From NCBI GenBank assembly GCA_003345545.1, contig PRDH01000035.1:1-64000 (forward strand): a stretch of DNA of 64,000 nucleotides. The letters are read 5' to 3'. The first letter of the stretch is position 1; each line of letters begins with the position of its first letter. Positions 29,314 through 38,683 of the stretch are shown here, piece by piece. The DNA is from Candidatus Thorarchaeota archaeon. Lineage in GTDB: Archaea; Asgardarchaeota; Thorarchaeia; Thorarchaeales; Thorarchaeaceae. Position numbers and translations under genes: made by a program. Under the pieces are notes generated by a model. It worked only from the letters and a program-made list of their open reading frames with translations. It had not been told where the DNA came from and ran no database searches.

Positions 29314-30951
29314 ATGACTAGTTACCGCCACAAGATGATAAGTGTTCTTCTGCTTTCATTAATGATCTCAGGTTTCATTCCTCTTGTTCTTTCTCCCATG
29401 GTTTCACTTGAAAGCTCTGAAAGAATCTATGCACCCTCGGCCTTCACGTGGCAGACCTTTAACAAGAACATGAATGTGACGACATTCGTATCACCTGATG
29501 GAAGTCGTAATGGTCTCTGGCATTTTCTCAATTCAGCTAAGGAGAGTATCTATGTTGAGATCTTTGGGATAAACAACCCCTACCTACTTGATCTCATTCA
29601 CGATCTTCACGCTACAAAACCTTCCCTTGAGATGAAGTTCCTAATAGGATGGAACAGCTTAGGCTACTATAGTCCCAATGATTATGTCGCCAATGATCTG
29701 ACAAATCTTGGCATTCCTGTGAAGTGGACCAGTGATACAGAATTCACCTATGCCCACCAGAAGTTCGTCATAATCGATAATATGACGACGATTGTGCATT
29801 CTGGTAATTGGGCAAAGACGAGTTTTCCCGAGGACGGCAAGATAGCTAACAGGGAGTGGAGTATTGCGATGACTGATACGGAGGTCACACAATACTATCG
29901 AAATGTCTTCGACTACGACTGGAGTAACGGTATCGACTATAATCCAGTTGCTCATGGAACCGGCACTCCACTTTCATATACTGAAACCGGTAGTAGCTAT
30001 CCTCGACCTTTTGCGACTCCCGGAACATTCAGTGGTGCGATGAAGGTCACACCAATCTTCAGTCCGGATACAAGCCTCCAGGGGATTCTCTATTGCATAA
30101 ACGCAGCTCAGGCGACGCTTGACATTCAAATTCCATATATCACAAACTTTGATGCTGGTAATGCAGTGACTCAAATCCTTAATGCAATCATCGCAGCGAA
30201 GAACCGTGGCGTGACAGTCCGGGTGATCACTGAGGAAGACTACGATTTCCTTGAGGTTGCTGCGCTCCTGCAGGGTCATAATATACCGGTAGTCTGGCAA
30301 GATGCAACTTGGTTCAGTACTGATCACAATAAGGGCATCATTGTTGATGGTCGAATAGTTCTCGTAAGCAGTATCAACTATAGCGATGGAAGTATTTCGG
30401 AGAACCGAGAGTCTGGAGTCATTATCGAGAACACACAGGTAGCACAGTGGTATCTAGATGTGTACGATTTTGACTGGGGAATTGGTGATTGCGATGTAAT
30501 GGATGAGGTCAATCTCTATTGGGATCCCAATATACCGACAAGCTCTTCACCAATCAGTGTTACAGTGTATGCTCACATGCTGAACGAAACACCTGTTGAC
30601 TCAGTTAGACTAGGTGTGCGGATTGGAACAGGCAGCTGGTCAAACTACACTATCACGAACAATATCTTCGAGTCAGCAGAAGGCGATTTAGAGAACTACT
30701 ACCATGTCATCCCTGCTCAGGCTGATGGCACAGACATCACTGTACAGGCAACTGTGGTAGCTGATGGAACATCGTATGTCGGCGAAGAGATGGTGATTCC
30801 AGTGCGGAACTCGATTGGGTCCATCACTACAACAACAACTACTCCGGACTCCTTGACCCAGCTGATAATTGAGCTCTCTCCCTACATAGCTCTAGCCATC
30901 ATTACGGGTATTGTCGCTCTCTGCGCAAAGAGCAGCAAGAAGAATCCGTAG
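29314..30951 (+). CDS. Secreted, C-terminally anchored phospholipase D-family protein
   Basis: Two HKD motifs (HQKFVIID...SGN and HNKGIIVD...SSIN), signal peptide, Thr linker and C-terminal TM. Confidence 0.9.
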   Translation: MTSYRHKMISVLLLSLMISGFIPLVLSPMVSLESSERIYAPSAFTWQTFNKNMNVTTFVSPDGSRNGLWHFLNSAKESIYVEIFGINNPYLLDLIHDLHATKPSLEMKFLIGWNSLGYYSPNDYVANDLTNLGIPVKWTSDTEFTYAHQKFVIIDNMTTIVHSGNWAKTSFPEDGKIANREWSIAMTDTEVTQYYRNVFDYDWSNGIDYNPVAHGTGTPLSYTETGSSYPRPFATPGTFSGAMKVTPIFSPDTSLQGILYCINAAQATLDIQIPYITNFDAGNAVTQILNAIIAAKNRGVTVRVITEEDYDFLEVAALLQGHNIPVVWQDATWFSTDHNKGIIVDGRIVLVSSINYSDGSISENRESGVIIENTQVAQWYLDVYDFDWGIGDCDVMDEVNLYWDPNIPTSSSPISVTVYAHMLNETPVDSVRLGVRIGTGSWSNYTITNNIFESAEGDLENYYHVIPAQADGTDITVQATVVADGTSYVGEEMVIPVRNSIGSITTTTTTPDSLTQLIIELSPYIALAIITGIVALCAKSSKKNP

Positions 30952-31014
30952 GACTGCATCGATACTCCGGGAACCTATGATGAATCCCGTTGTGGGTTTC
31001 TCTCTCTAGCAGAA

Positions 31015-31620
31015 CTAAGACTGTTCAGCCATCTGCGCAAATCTCAGACAACTCTCCGCATCCTGCATCTCTCCGCGTTTCTGGTGCAGGCTTGCAGCGA
31101 TTCTATATGCACGTGCAACAGCTGACCAGTTTTCCTGTGCATCCAAACAGAGAGCGAGGGCTTTCCATATCACAGGATCTCCCGAGTTGTATTTCAGAGC
31201 CTCGTTGTAAGCATCCACTGCCTCTTGGATTCTGAGAAGACTCTCAAGAGCTCTTGCTTTCTTGACCCAGAGATCTGCGCTGTCCGGAATGATTCTGAGT
31301 CCTGCGTCGGCGACTGCATTTGCTTCTTCAAATGCCCCGATTGTTATCAACGCCTCAGCCTTGTTTGAGTGTCCTCTATAGTCCTTTGGATCGATGTCGA
31401 TAGCAAGATCAAAAGCCACTCCCGCGTCGCTCTGCTCGCCTATGTTTATGTGTGTCAGTCCCAATTCATTCAGGACATCTATGTTGTCCGGGTCCAACTG
31501 GAGTGCTTGTCGATACATCTCAATAGCTTTCTTGTTCATTCCCTGTTGACGCAGGCTTCTTGCTTTGCTGATACATTGCTCTAGGGTCGTTCCATCGGGA
31601 GGCATGTGTTGTCTGTTCAC
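31015..31620 (-). CDS. TPR-repeat protein
   Basis: About 5 TPR units (AIEMYRQALQLDPDN...). Confidence 0.88.
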   Translation of the reverse strand: MNRQHMPPDGTTLEQCISKARSLRQQGMNKKAIEMYRQALQLDPDNIDVLNELGLTHINIGEQSDAGVAFDLAIDIDPKDYRGHSNKAEALITIGAFEEANAVADAGLRIIPDSADLWVKKARALESLLRIQEAVDAYNEALKYNSGDPVIWKALALCLDAQENWSAVARAYRIAASLHQKRGEMQDAESCLRFAQMAEQS

Positions 31621-31758
31621 CTTATTGTTTTAATCATTATTCCGGTAGACACTTCGAGCATCTACGGGAAGCATATGAATAGAGCAGTTCCATCCGACAA
31701 CAAGGATTTTAACGGGACCTTTCTCCAACCAATCCACTCGATTTGTGAGGAAAACCGA

Positions 31759-32328
31759 ATGAAGAGAGACGACGAAACATTCTTCGAAGATGACTCTAAC
31801 GAAGATGAAGAAGACACTGCTTTCCCCGATGAAGACGAAGAGGATGCTGAAGTCGAGGAAGTCGATGAAGAGGAATACGGGGAAATCGAAAAGGTGTTCT
31901 CTGATCGTGGCAGGGAAGGACTCACTGGATTGATGATGGATCCATGGCCGCGGGTTGTCTTCATCCTCACGCTGATTGGGCTGGGTGTTGTCTTCTTAAC
32001 GCCGCCTGCAATCTGGTCCGTCTGGAACTATTTCATCCTCGGCAATTACTTCCTCATTGTTTTTGTTGGTGTCGCGATAATTTTCTCCTTGGTGGTTTGG
32101 TCCAAAGCTGGAAGTCAGAGATTGCGATGGGCAGGGCCGACAAACGTGATTGTAGTCTTACTCTGTGGAGCCATAGGAACGCTGGATACTGCTAGTTGGA
32201 TGGTCTATGGAGCTGGTCTACTTGCTGGCATTGAAACTCCTCTGCTATCCTTGCTGATCATGATTGTGATTTTCTCACTGTATTCGCTGTGGCTGGTCCA
32301 GCGAAGTTTCGGTAAAGAACAACGTTAG
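31759..32328 (+). CDS. Membrane protein with a highly acidic N-terminal tail
   Basis: D/E-rich first 45 aa followed by 4 TM segments. Confidence 0.75.
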   Translation: MKRDDETFFEDDSNEDEEDTAFPDEDEEDAEVEEVDEEEYGEIEKVFSDRGREGLTGLMMDPWPRVVFILTLIGLGVVFLTPPAIWSVWNYFILGNYFLIVFVGVAIIFSLVVWSKAGSQRLRWAGPTNVIVVLLCGAIGTLDTASWMVYGAGLLAGIETPLLSLLIMIVIFSLYSLWLVQRSFGKEQR

Positions 32329-32334
32329 AAAGGA

Positions 32335-32715
32335 GTGAATCCGGTGGGAGAAACGCCGCACACCCTTACAGAGCTTTCAGAAATGATTCGCGAGTTCGTC
32401 ATAGAAAGAGATTGGGAGCAGTACAATCATCCCCTTGACTTGGCAATCTCGACTTCAATAGAAGCTGGCGAGCTGCTAGAGCTGTTCCAGTGGAAGACTA
32501 GAGCTGATGTGGATAAGGCTCTGAAGGATGATGAGTTTCGCAGAGCCCTCGCCTCTGAAGTCGCCGACGTTCTAATCTATCTCCTGAGAGTTGCAGATAC
32601 AGCCGGAATTGATCCCACACGAGCTATCATTGACAAGTTGAAAGTGAATCGAGAGAAATATCCAATTGGTTATTGGGAAGGTCGTGCACCAAGCAGATTC
32701 AATCGTCCGAAATGA
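32335..32715 (+). CDS. MazG-like all-alpha NTP pyrophosphohydrolase (dCTP pyrophosphatase-like)
   Basis: ERDWEQYNHP, EAGELLELFQW, EVADVLIYL and NREKYP. Confidence 0.9.
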   Translation: MNPVGETPHTLTELSEMIREFVIERDWEQYNHPLDLAISTSIEAGELLELFQWKTRADVDKALKDDEFRRALASEVADVLIYLLRVADTAGIDPTRAIIDKLKVNREKYPIGYWEGRAPSRFNRPK

Positions 32716-33514
32716 GCCTTCTGTACAGACTTGGGCGTCTATCTTCTAGGAGATCGTTCCTCTCTGTGATTGCCTTGTCATCAGCCAAGCTCGGGTCTAT
32801 GTCGACCCATGCTAGACCAGTTTCGTCGCGACCCATTTGAGTCAGTCTGCTGCCCTTGACGTCGGTGATCTGTGAGGCACCAGAGAATGTGAGCCCTCTC
32901 TCGATTCCAGTTCTGTTCGCCGTAGCTGTGTACACTCGATTCTCAATGGACCGTGTGACCATGGCATCCTGGCAGTATGGTAGAACAATATTCGCTGGAT
33001 GCAGGATGACCTGAGCTCCCTGTAGCGTGAGGACTCGCGCCACCTCCGGAAACGCCCAGTCAAAGCATACCATGACGCCAAATCGATACCCTCTGTATTC
33101 AATGACTGGAGGTTCCTCATCCCCTGGCAGAAACCAATCCTTCTCATCAAGGAAGAGGTGAATCTTGTGGTATGTTGTGATGTGCTCACCACTACCTACT
33201 ACTACAGCTGAGTTGAAGAATCCTTCAGAGGTCCTCTCGCAGATCCCTGCTACAACAAGTCTTCCTCCTCCTGACCAGGCGAGTAGCTCCTGCGACATAG
33301 GCCCCTCTGGGATTGGTTCTGCTGAAGCGCTCAGTTCACCTTTGTTCTTGAATGCGTATCCAGAGTTGCAGAGTTCGGGTAGTACGAGAACGTCGACGTC
33401 TACTTTCTCTGCTTTCTGAAGGATGTTACTTACTGTCATTAGGTTCTCATCAACATCTGCAATCAAGGGAGCCAACTGGCCAACAGCAATTCGCATAGCT
33501 GGATTCACCGTCAT
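32699..33514 (-). CDS. Carbon-nitrogen hydrolase (nitrilase superfamily)
   Basis: Catalytic E-K-C: LPELCNSGY, YHKIHLF, VCFDWAFPE. Confidence 0.93.
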   Translation of the reverse strand: MTVNPAMRIAVGQLAPLIADVDENLMTVSNILQKAEKVDVDVLVLPELCNSGYAFKNKGELSASAEPIPEGPMSQELLAWSGGGRLVVAGICERTSEGFFNSAVVVGSGEHITTYHKIHLFLDEKDWFLPGDEEPPVIEYRGYRFGVMVCFDWAFPEVARVLTLQGAQVILHPANIVLPYCQDAMVTRSIENRVYTATANRTGIERGLTFSGASQITDVKGSRLTQMGRDETGLAWVDIDPSLADDKAITERNDLLEDRRPSLYRRLISDD

Positions 33515-33551
33515 AGAGAGTGTGATTTCGTGCTTTGACTTCTTCGGTTTC

Positions 33552-34412
33552 CTAGAAGAGACCATGCTGCATTGCCGTCTGACAGTCACATCCGGCGTCC
33601 TTTGGGATACGGGCAATCATCTCGAAGGTCAGTTTCCTCACACGCTTCACATTCTTTGCCATAGTCTTGAGGACAAGCTCGTGTGTGACGACTTCATCAC
33701 CATGGACATCATAGTCTGTTGGCATGGAGATGTTGACGAAGCAGATTCCTGCTTCGCGGGCAAGAGCCGCTTCAGGGAATGCAGTCATTCCGATGACATC
33801 CCAACCCTGATTGTGGAAGAACATTGACTCGGCTCTCGTTGAGAATCGCGGGCCATTGATGCAGACATAGGTTCCCCTGTCATGAACCTTATACCCTATT
33901 TCATTCGCAGTTTCAGCCGCAATCCTCCTCAACTCAGGACAGAATGGCTCCGCAAAGGGAAGATGTGCAATGGTCCCTCCGTCGAAGAATGTGTCTTTCC
34001 GGACTCCATAAGTCCTATCGAAGAGTTGGTCTGCAATGACGAACTCACCCAGTTTGATCTTCTGTGGCTGGAGGCTACCGGCTGCCGCAGGGCTCAATAT
34101 CCTCTTCACACCCAGAGCCTTCATTGCCCAGATGTTCGCTCGGTAGTTGATTGCATGAGGTGGGATTGTGTGTGTGCGGCCATGTCTTGCCAAGAATGCG
34201 AAGGTGCGTTCTTTCACAGTACCAAGAACGAAGTTGTCTGACGGCGCCCCATAGGGTGTGAAGACTTTTACCTCTATTGGATTCTCTATGACCTTGGAAT
34301 CGTAGTTACCACTCCCACCGAACATTCCTATCTCTATAGGAAGAAGGTCATGCAGTGCCCCTGCCATGTTTCTGTCCACTGGTACAGCGGATAGCTTAAC
34401 TTCGAAAGCCAT
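33552..34412 (-). CDS. mtnP: 5'-methylthioadenosine / purine nucleoside phosphorylase
   Basis: IGMFGGSG, TPYGAPSD, RHGRTHTIPPH..NYRANIWA, GPRFSTRAES, IGMT and TDYD. Confidence 0.9.
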   Translation of the reverse strand: MAFEVKLSAVPVDRNMAGALHDLLPIEIGMFGGSGNYDSKVIENPIEVKVFTPYGAPSDNFVLGTVKERTFAFLARHGRTHTIPPHAINYRANIWAMKALGVKRILSPAAAGSLQPQKIKLGEFVIADQLFDRTYGVRKDTFFDGGTIAHLPFAEPFCPELRRIAAETANEIGYKVHDRGTYVCINGPRFSTRAESMFFHNQGWDVIGMTAFPEAALAREAGICFVNISMPTDYDVHGDEVVTHELVLKTMAKNVKRVRKLTFEMIARIPKDAGCDCQTAMQHGLF

Positions 34413-34424
34413 CGTCAATCCTCC

Positions 34425-35090
34425 TCACTTTTTCTTTCTCCACGCCTTGTCAAGTGGATACACGATTCTGTCGAGGTATCCCATATGTGCTTTGATTTTG
34501 GAGAGCTGGTCATCAGAGAGCACGATGTTGTTGTACTCTCTGAGATGCTTCTTCAGCTCCAGAGTGCTCATCTCGTTCACCTTCTCGCCCTCGAAGATCT
34601 TCATGATGAGTGAAGATAGGTCTTCATAGAAGTTCCATGGCCATATCTCCCATGCCCACGTAACCTCAACACCAAAATAATCTGGCACAAACTTGGAACC
34701 TGCAATATGCATGAGCGTTGCACTCTTCACCTCACGTGGTCCACAATCCTTCACGTGATTTACTGCCATCGTAAGGCTTTCTCCTGTATCTGTGATGTCA
34801 TCAACGACTAGAACCCTTTTTCCAGCAACATCTACAGTCAGAGGGCAGGTCAGTTTCGCCCGGCCATCTTTTGTCGCGGTGACTCCCCAGTGATCAATCT
34901 TTACCGAGTAGAGTTCCTTGACCCCTAGGAGATCACACGCAATCCTTGCATGAACCCAACCACCTCTGGCAATTCCGACAATGACATCAGGTTTCCATCC
35001 TGACGCCTTCACCTTTGTAGCGGTTTGGTATGCGTAGTCATAGATATCATCAAAATCGAGCACATAACAGAGTGGACCTTTCAGCTCCAT
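34425..35090 (-). CDS. Purine phosphoribosyltransferase (archaeal HGXPRT-like)
   Basis: VGIARGGW and VLVVDDITDTGESL; in an operon with mtnP. Confidence 0.9.
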   Translation of the reverse strand: MELKGPLCYVLDFDDIYDYAYQTATKVKASGWKPDVIVGIARGGWVHARIACDLLGVKELYSVKIDHWGVTATKDGRAKLTCPLTVDVAGKRVLVVDDITDTGESLTMAVNHVKDCGPREVKSATLMHIAGSKFVPDYFGVEVTWAWEIWPWNFYEDLSSLIMKIFEGEKVNEMSTLELKKHLREYNNIVLSDDQLSKIKAHMGYLDRIVYPLDKAWRKKK

Positions 35091-35205
35091 AGTGATTTGC
35101 CACCATATCCAGTCCTGATAGACTTCGATAAAAGTGTGACTCTTTCCGCGTACGACGCCTCAATAACAATAATAGGGCTCTTTTCCATACTAGGAAACGA
35201 TTCAG

Positions 35206-35520
35206 ATGGCACACAAAGAGAAGTGTATCGGAAAAGAACCGCGTAAGGTAACAGCACGTGTCATAAGTCAGCAGGGTCATTGCGCAATTGGCCACGAGGT
35301 CGGTGATATCATTGAGTTTGACCACTATGGCGTTAGGGGCGACATTTGCATCAATGCGCTCTTCACCATGCTTCCAGTTGTTTATGCAATGATGCATAAT
35401 GCTTACTTTCCTTGGTCGCAAGACCACTGCAAGGAACTTCATGCATGTCCTGACCCCAAGAACCCTGTAGTCTTTGAACTGGACAGGTCTCAACCGATGG
35501 AACGCAAGGCGACAGGATAG
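35206..35520 (+). CDS. TIGR04076-like Cys-containing protein
   Basis: GHCAIGHEVGD, ICINAL and ACPDPKNPVVFEL. Confidence 0.78.
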   Translation: MAHKEKCIGKEPRKVTARVISQQGHCAIGHEVGDIIEFDHYGVRGDICINALFTMLPVVYAMMHNAYFPWSQDHCKELHACPDPKNPVVFELDRSQPMERKATG

Positions 35521-35522
35521 AC

Positions 35523-36359
35523 CTAGTGAGTCTGCAGCAAAAGTGAGTCGTATTCACCAGGTCTGAATTCAACTCTTAGACTGAGAGTCTGCCCAGCTTT
35601 CATGTCAACAGGTTTGGGCAGCGGCAGGAACAGCTCTCTCCACCCATCGTCCATGGTCAGAACAATCTCGCTGTGCAGTCTACACTCGAACATGCCAAGG
35701 AGTCCATGTACGATTCCAGTCTGTACAATCTTGAAATCGAGTGTCTTGTCTACTTTCGCATCGGGATTCGGTATCGTCAGATCAAAACACGCGAGCTCCA
35801 TTAGGTCTGCAAGGTCCACACTCTGCCCCCGTTCTACTGTTTGGGGCACCCTTGGAAAGGACAAATCATCGATCTGAAACCTATTCCATTGAATCTCATT
35901 CTGAACTGGGACTGCGAATATGCGGACCTCCTCTGGAATAATATGCCCCGAGGGCTTCAGAAGGTTTTCAACTGCATAACTACTTGCAGATACTTGCTGC
36001 TCAATGAGCATCATTGAAGAGAGCATCTCACAAATGACAACGTCTGCTCGCCTGCCAATTGAGAAGTCTACAAAGTGGGAATGCACGAATTCAATCCTGT
36101 CTGCTACGCCATTCTGTCCTGCCGCCTCTCTAGCATATGCCAATGAGTCCTGGTTCACATCGACTGCGGTGACCCTTGCTCCTTGTTTTGCAGCTAGGAT
36201 GGCAAGGATGCCACTTCCTGTACCAAGGTCAACAACATGATCGTTGGTCTTGACGACCCTCCGTATCGCCTCTCGGAATTTTCGTATACGTGATGTGTGA
36301 CTTAGCAGACTCGCGGCATGGAGCATCGGGAATGGTGTGGCATATTCCTTTCCTTTCAT
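35523..36359 (-). CDS. SAM-dependent methyltransferase of PRMT-like architecture
   Basis: VVDLGTGSGIL, ADVVICEMLSSMMLIE, LLKPSGHIIP and a C-terminal beta-barrel-like region (VHGLLGMF...WRELFLPL). Confidence 0.85.
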   Translation of the reverse strand: MKGKEYATPFPMLHAASLLSHTSRIRKFREAIRRVVKTNDHVVDLGTGSGILAILAAKQGARVTAVDVNQDSLAYAREAAGQNGVADRIEFVHSHFVDFSIGRRADVVICEMLSSMMLIEQQVSASSYAVENLLKPSGHIIPEEVRIFAVPVQNEIQWNRFQIDDLSFPRVPQTVERGQSVDLADLMELACFDLTIPNPDAKVDKTLDFKIVQTGIVHGLLGMFECRLHSEIVLTMDDGWRELFLPLPKPVDMKAGQTLSLRVEFRPGEYDSLLLQTH

Positions 36360-36416
36360 AGTTTTTCCCCTATCAATGTCTACTTATAATAAAATGCCGG
36401 CACTCTTGCACGCCAA

Positions 36417-37601
36417 ATGGCAATGAGGAAGCATCAAGTCGTGTCTGAAAAGGTTCTCGAATCTGCAAAACGGGCTCTGGAGGAGTGTCGACCGAAAGAT
36501 GCCATTACTGCATTAGAGCCCCTGGTTGAATACGATGATGAAGATGTCGATGCACTTGTCTATCTTGGAATCGCATATGTGCAGGCTGAGATGCCTGAGA
36601 AAGCTGTAGAGGTACTCTATCGCGCTGATGAGCTCGTCGAACAACACTATGTTGTTGAACTGTTTCTTGGCAGAGCTCTCTGGGCTTTGGGCAAGGTGAC
36701 ATCGGCAGAAGAGCACATCCAGGAGGCCTTACGACTTGATTCGACTCAGCCAGAGCCATGGATAGACATTGGGCGAATCTATCTCCAGAAACGTGAGTAT
36801 CGTCAGGCACTAGAGCATTTGGAAGTAGCTATTGCGAAGTTTCCTGATGATATCAGTGCCATTTTCCTGCATGCCTTAACACTGTATCGCCTTGGGGACT
36901 TCACAGCTGCGACGAAGGAGTGGGCTCGAGTCCACGCTCTTGAGCCGAAACTCATGACAGCAGTTTCAAATTACGCATACGTATTATTGCTTCAAGAACG
37001 TTCATTCGAAGCAGCTCCCTTCGTGGGCTATGCGAACACCATGAGTTCTGACGACTATAGGTCTCTGATTCTCTTGGGCGAACTCCGATTCCAATCAGGT
37101 GATCACGAAGGCGCGCTTGAATGCTTCAGAAAAGTGCTAGATAGAGATCCGAAGAACATTGAAGCTCTTTCTAGGATTGCTGTAATTGCTCACAGCTCAC
37201 GTGATGACAAGGTGTGCAGGGAGCATCTCAGTCGTGCTGAAATGGAATTAGGCAATGATCCGGAGTCGTGGAGAGGGCTCTGCGGTGCATATCCCTACCT
37301 TGGGAAGTGGGATGAATACCTAGACTGTCTAATCCGTTGGACTAATGCTGACAAGAATGCTGCAGCTCCTTGGGTCACTCTAGCAAAAGAATACGACCGC
37401 AGAGGAGAGCTTGAGCACGCCCGGAATGCATGGAGGAGAGTCTTTGAACTGAGGGGTTACGTGAAAACTAGATGTCCAAGCTGCAAGACTGAGACACGAC
37501 TGCCGTATAGTACTCCCTCAGGATTCGACATCTGTGCAGACAAGTTCTGCGAAACCTGCGGCTCGGTAGTCTATATGCCAGCTGGCCTGCCTTATGACTG
37601 A
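36417..37601 (+). CDS. TPR-repeat protein with a C-terminal Zn ribbon
   Basis: Multiple TPRs; CPSC...CETC. Confidence 0.85.
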   Translation: MAMRKHQVVSEKVLESAKRALEECRPKDAITALEPLVEYDDEDVDALVYLGIAYVQAEMPEKAVEVLYRADELVEQHYVVELFLGRALWALGKVTSAEEHIQEALRLDSTQPEPWIDIGRIYLQKREYRQALEHLEVAIAKFPDDISAIFLHALTLYRLGDFTAATKEWARVHALEPKLMTAVSNYAYVLLLQERSFEAAPFVGYANTMSSDDYRSLILLGELRFQSGDHEGALECFRKVLDRDPKNIEALSRIAVIAHSSRDDKVCREHLSRAEMELGNDPESWRGLCGAYPYLGKWDEYLDCLIRWTNADKNAAAPWVTLAKEYDRRGELEHARNAWRRVFELRGYVKTRCPSCKTETRLPYSTPSGFDICADKFCETCGSVVYMPAGLPYD

Positions 37602-37616
37602 TGAGATGAATGAGAT

Positions 37617-38105
37617 ATGAGTGACCGAAGGTACCCCTCTCATCCCATTCCCGGAGTAGGTGCAGTCGTTATTGGTTCTCAGGGCGTTCTCTTGGCTCGA
37701 AGAGACAAAGCCCCCGGGAAAGGGCTCTGGAGCATCCCTGGTGGTGGTGTGGAGCTTGGTGAGACACAGATTGAATCCATAAGAAGAGAGGTCGAAGAGG
37801 AGACTGGAGTCAAGTGCGAGGTTCTCGAGCTCATAGGTACTTTCGATCTCATAACCAAGGATGACAAGGGAACTATCGAGTTTCATTTCCTATTGAACCA
37901 CTACGTCGCTCATGCTGTCACCGAAACAACGAGACCTGAGTATTCTGATGGTGAGGTTGGATGGTTTCATCCTGACAGATTGCCTCCAGATATGGCTAGC
38001 TCAGGGATTGAGGCACTCATCAAGTCTCAGCGATCGAGGATTTTGTCGCTCATGAAACATAACAAAACACCGAATGTCATCCCTTCAGATTGCCAAGGAA
38101 TATAA
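37617..38105 (+). CDS. Nudix hydrolase (ADP-ribose pyrophosphatase-like)
   Basis: Nudix box WSIPGGGVELGETQIESIRREVEEETG. Confidence 0.93.
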   Translation: MSDRRYPSHPIPGVGAVVIGSQGVLLARRDKAPGKGLWSIPGGGVELGETQIESIRREVEEETGVKCEVLELIGTFDLITKDDKGTIEFHFLLNHYVAHAVTETTRPEYSDGEVGWFHPDRLPPDMASSGIEALIKSQRSRILSLMKHNKTPNVIPSDCQGI

Positions 38106-38167
38106 GAATCCCCGTGCTGCTATTTGATACAGTATCTAATCTTCCGCAAAAGGACGTGTTGAATACA

Positions 38168-38629
38168 ATGTTTCGAACCATTACTGCACTGTTGATTGCT
38201 CTAGTGACAGCGATCTTGATTGGAGCCTTTCAGATATTGAACCTAGATCTTGCAACCATCCAGGCTATCATTGGTAGTGGCGACATTACTGGCGACCTGA
38301 GGGTCATGGGCGGCACTCTGTTTGCCTCACTCCTATTCCCGTACACGACAGCTCAGGCTGGAGTCTATGCCCCGCTTGTTGCCCTAGGTGTAGCCGGGTT
38401 CATTGCAGGATTGATCTCAAAGAGCGGTGTAAGAATGCTCGTTGTATCGATCATTGCGATGGTGCTCTTCTTCTTGGGCTTCTACATCCTGACATATCTA
38501 GGCGATCCGGCCAACTTCGCCGAGATGTTCAATGTGGCGCGTAACAACATTATCGACCTTGGCGTCAGCTTCGGTCTGCTTTTCATACCCGGGATTATCG
38601 GCGCATCACTGACTGCAGAAGACTATTAG
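38168..38629 (+). CDS. Hypothetical membrane protein (4-5 TM)
   Basis: Strongly hydrophobic ORF. Confidence 0.75.
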   Translation: MFRTITALLIALVTAILIGAFQILNLDLATIQAIIGSGDITGDLRVMGGTLFASLLFPYTTAQAGVYAPLVALGVAGFIAGLISKSGVRMLVVSIIAMVLFFLGFYILTYLGDPANFAEMFNVARNNIIDLGVSFGLLFIPGIIGASLTAEDY

Positions 38630-38645
38630 TCGCAGAATCACGACT

Positions 38646-38677
38646 TGGATTGGGGGTAATCCCCATTATCCATTTTT
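38646..38677. terminator. Hairpin and T-tract between convergent genes
   Basis: tggattgggggtaatccccattatccattttt. Confidence 0.55.
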
Positions 38678-38683
38678 GTTGCT

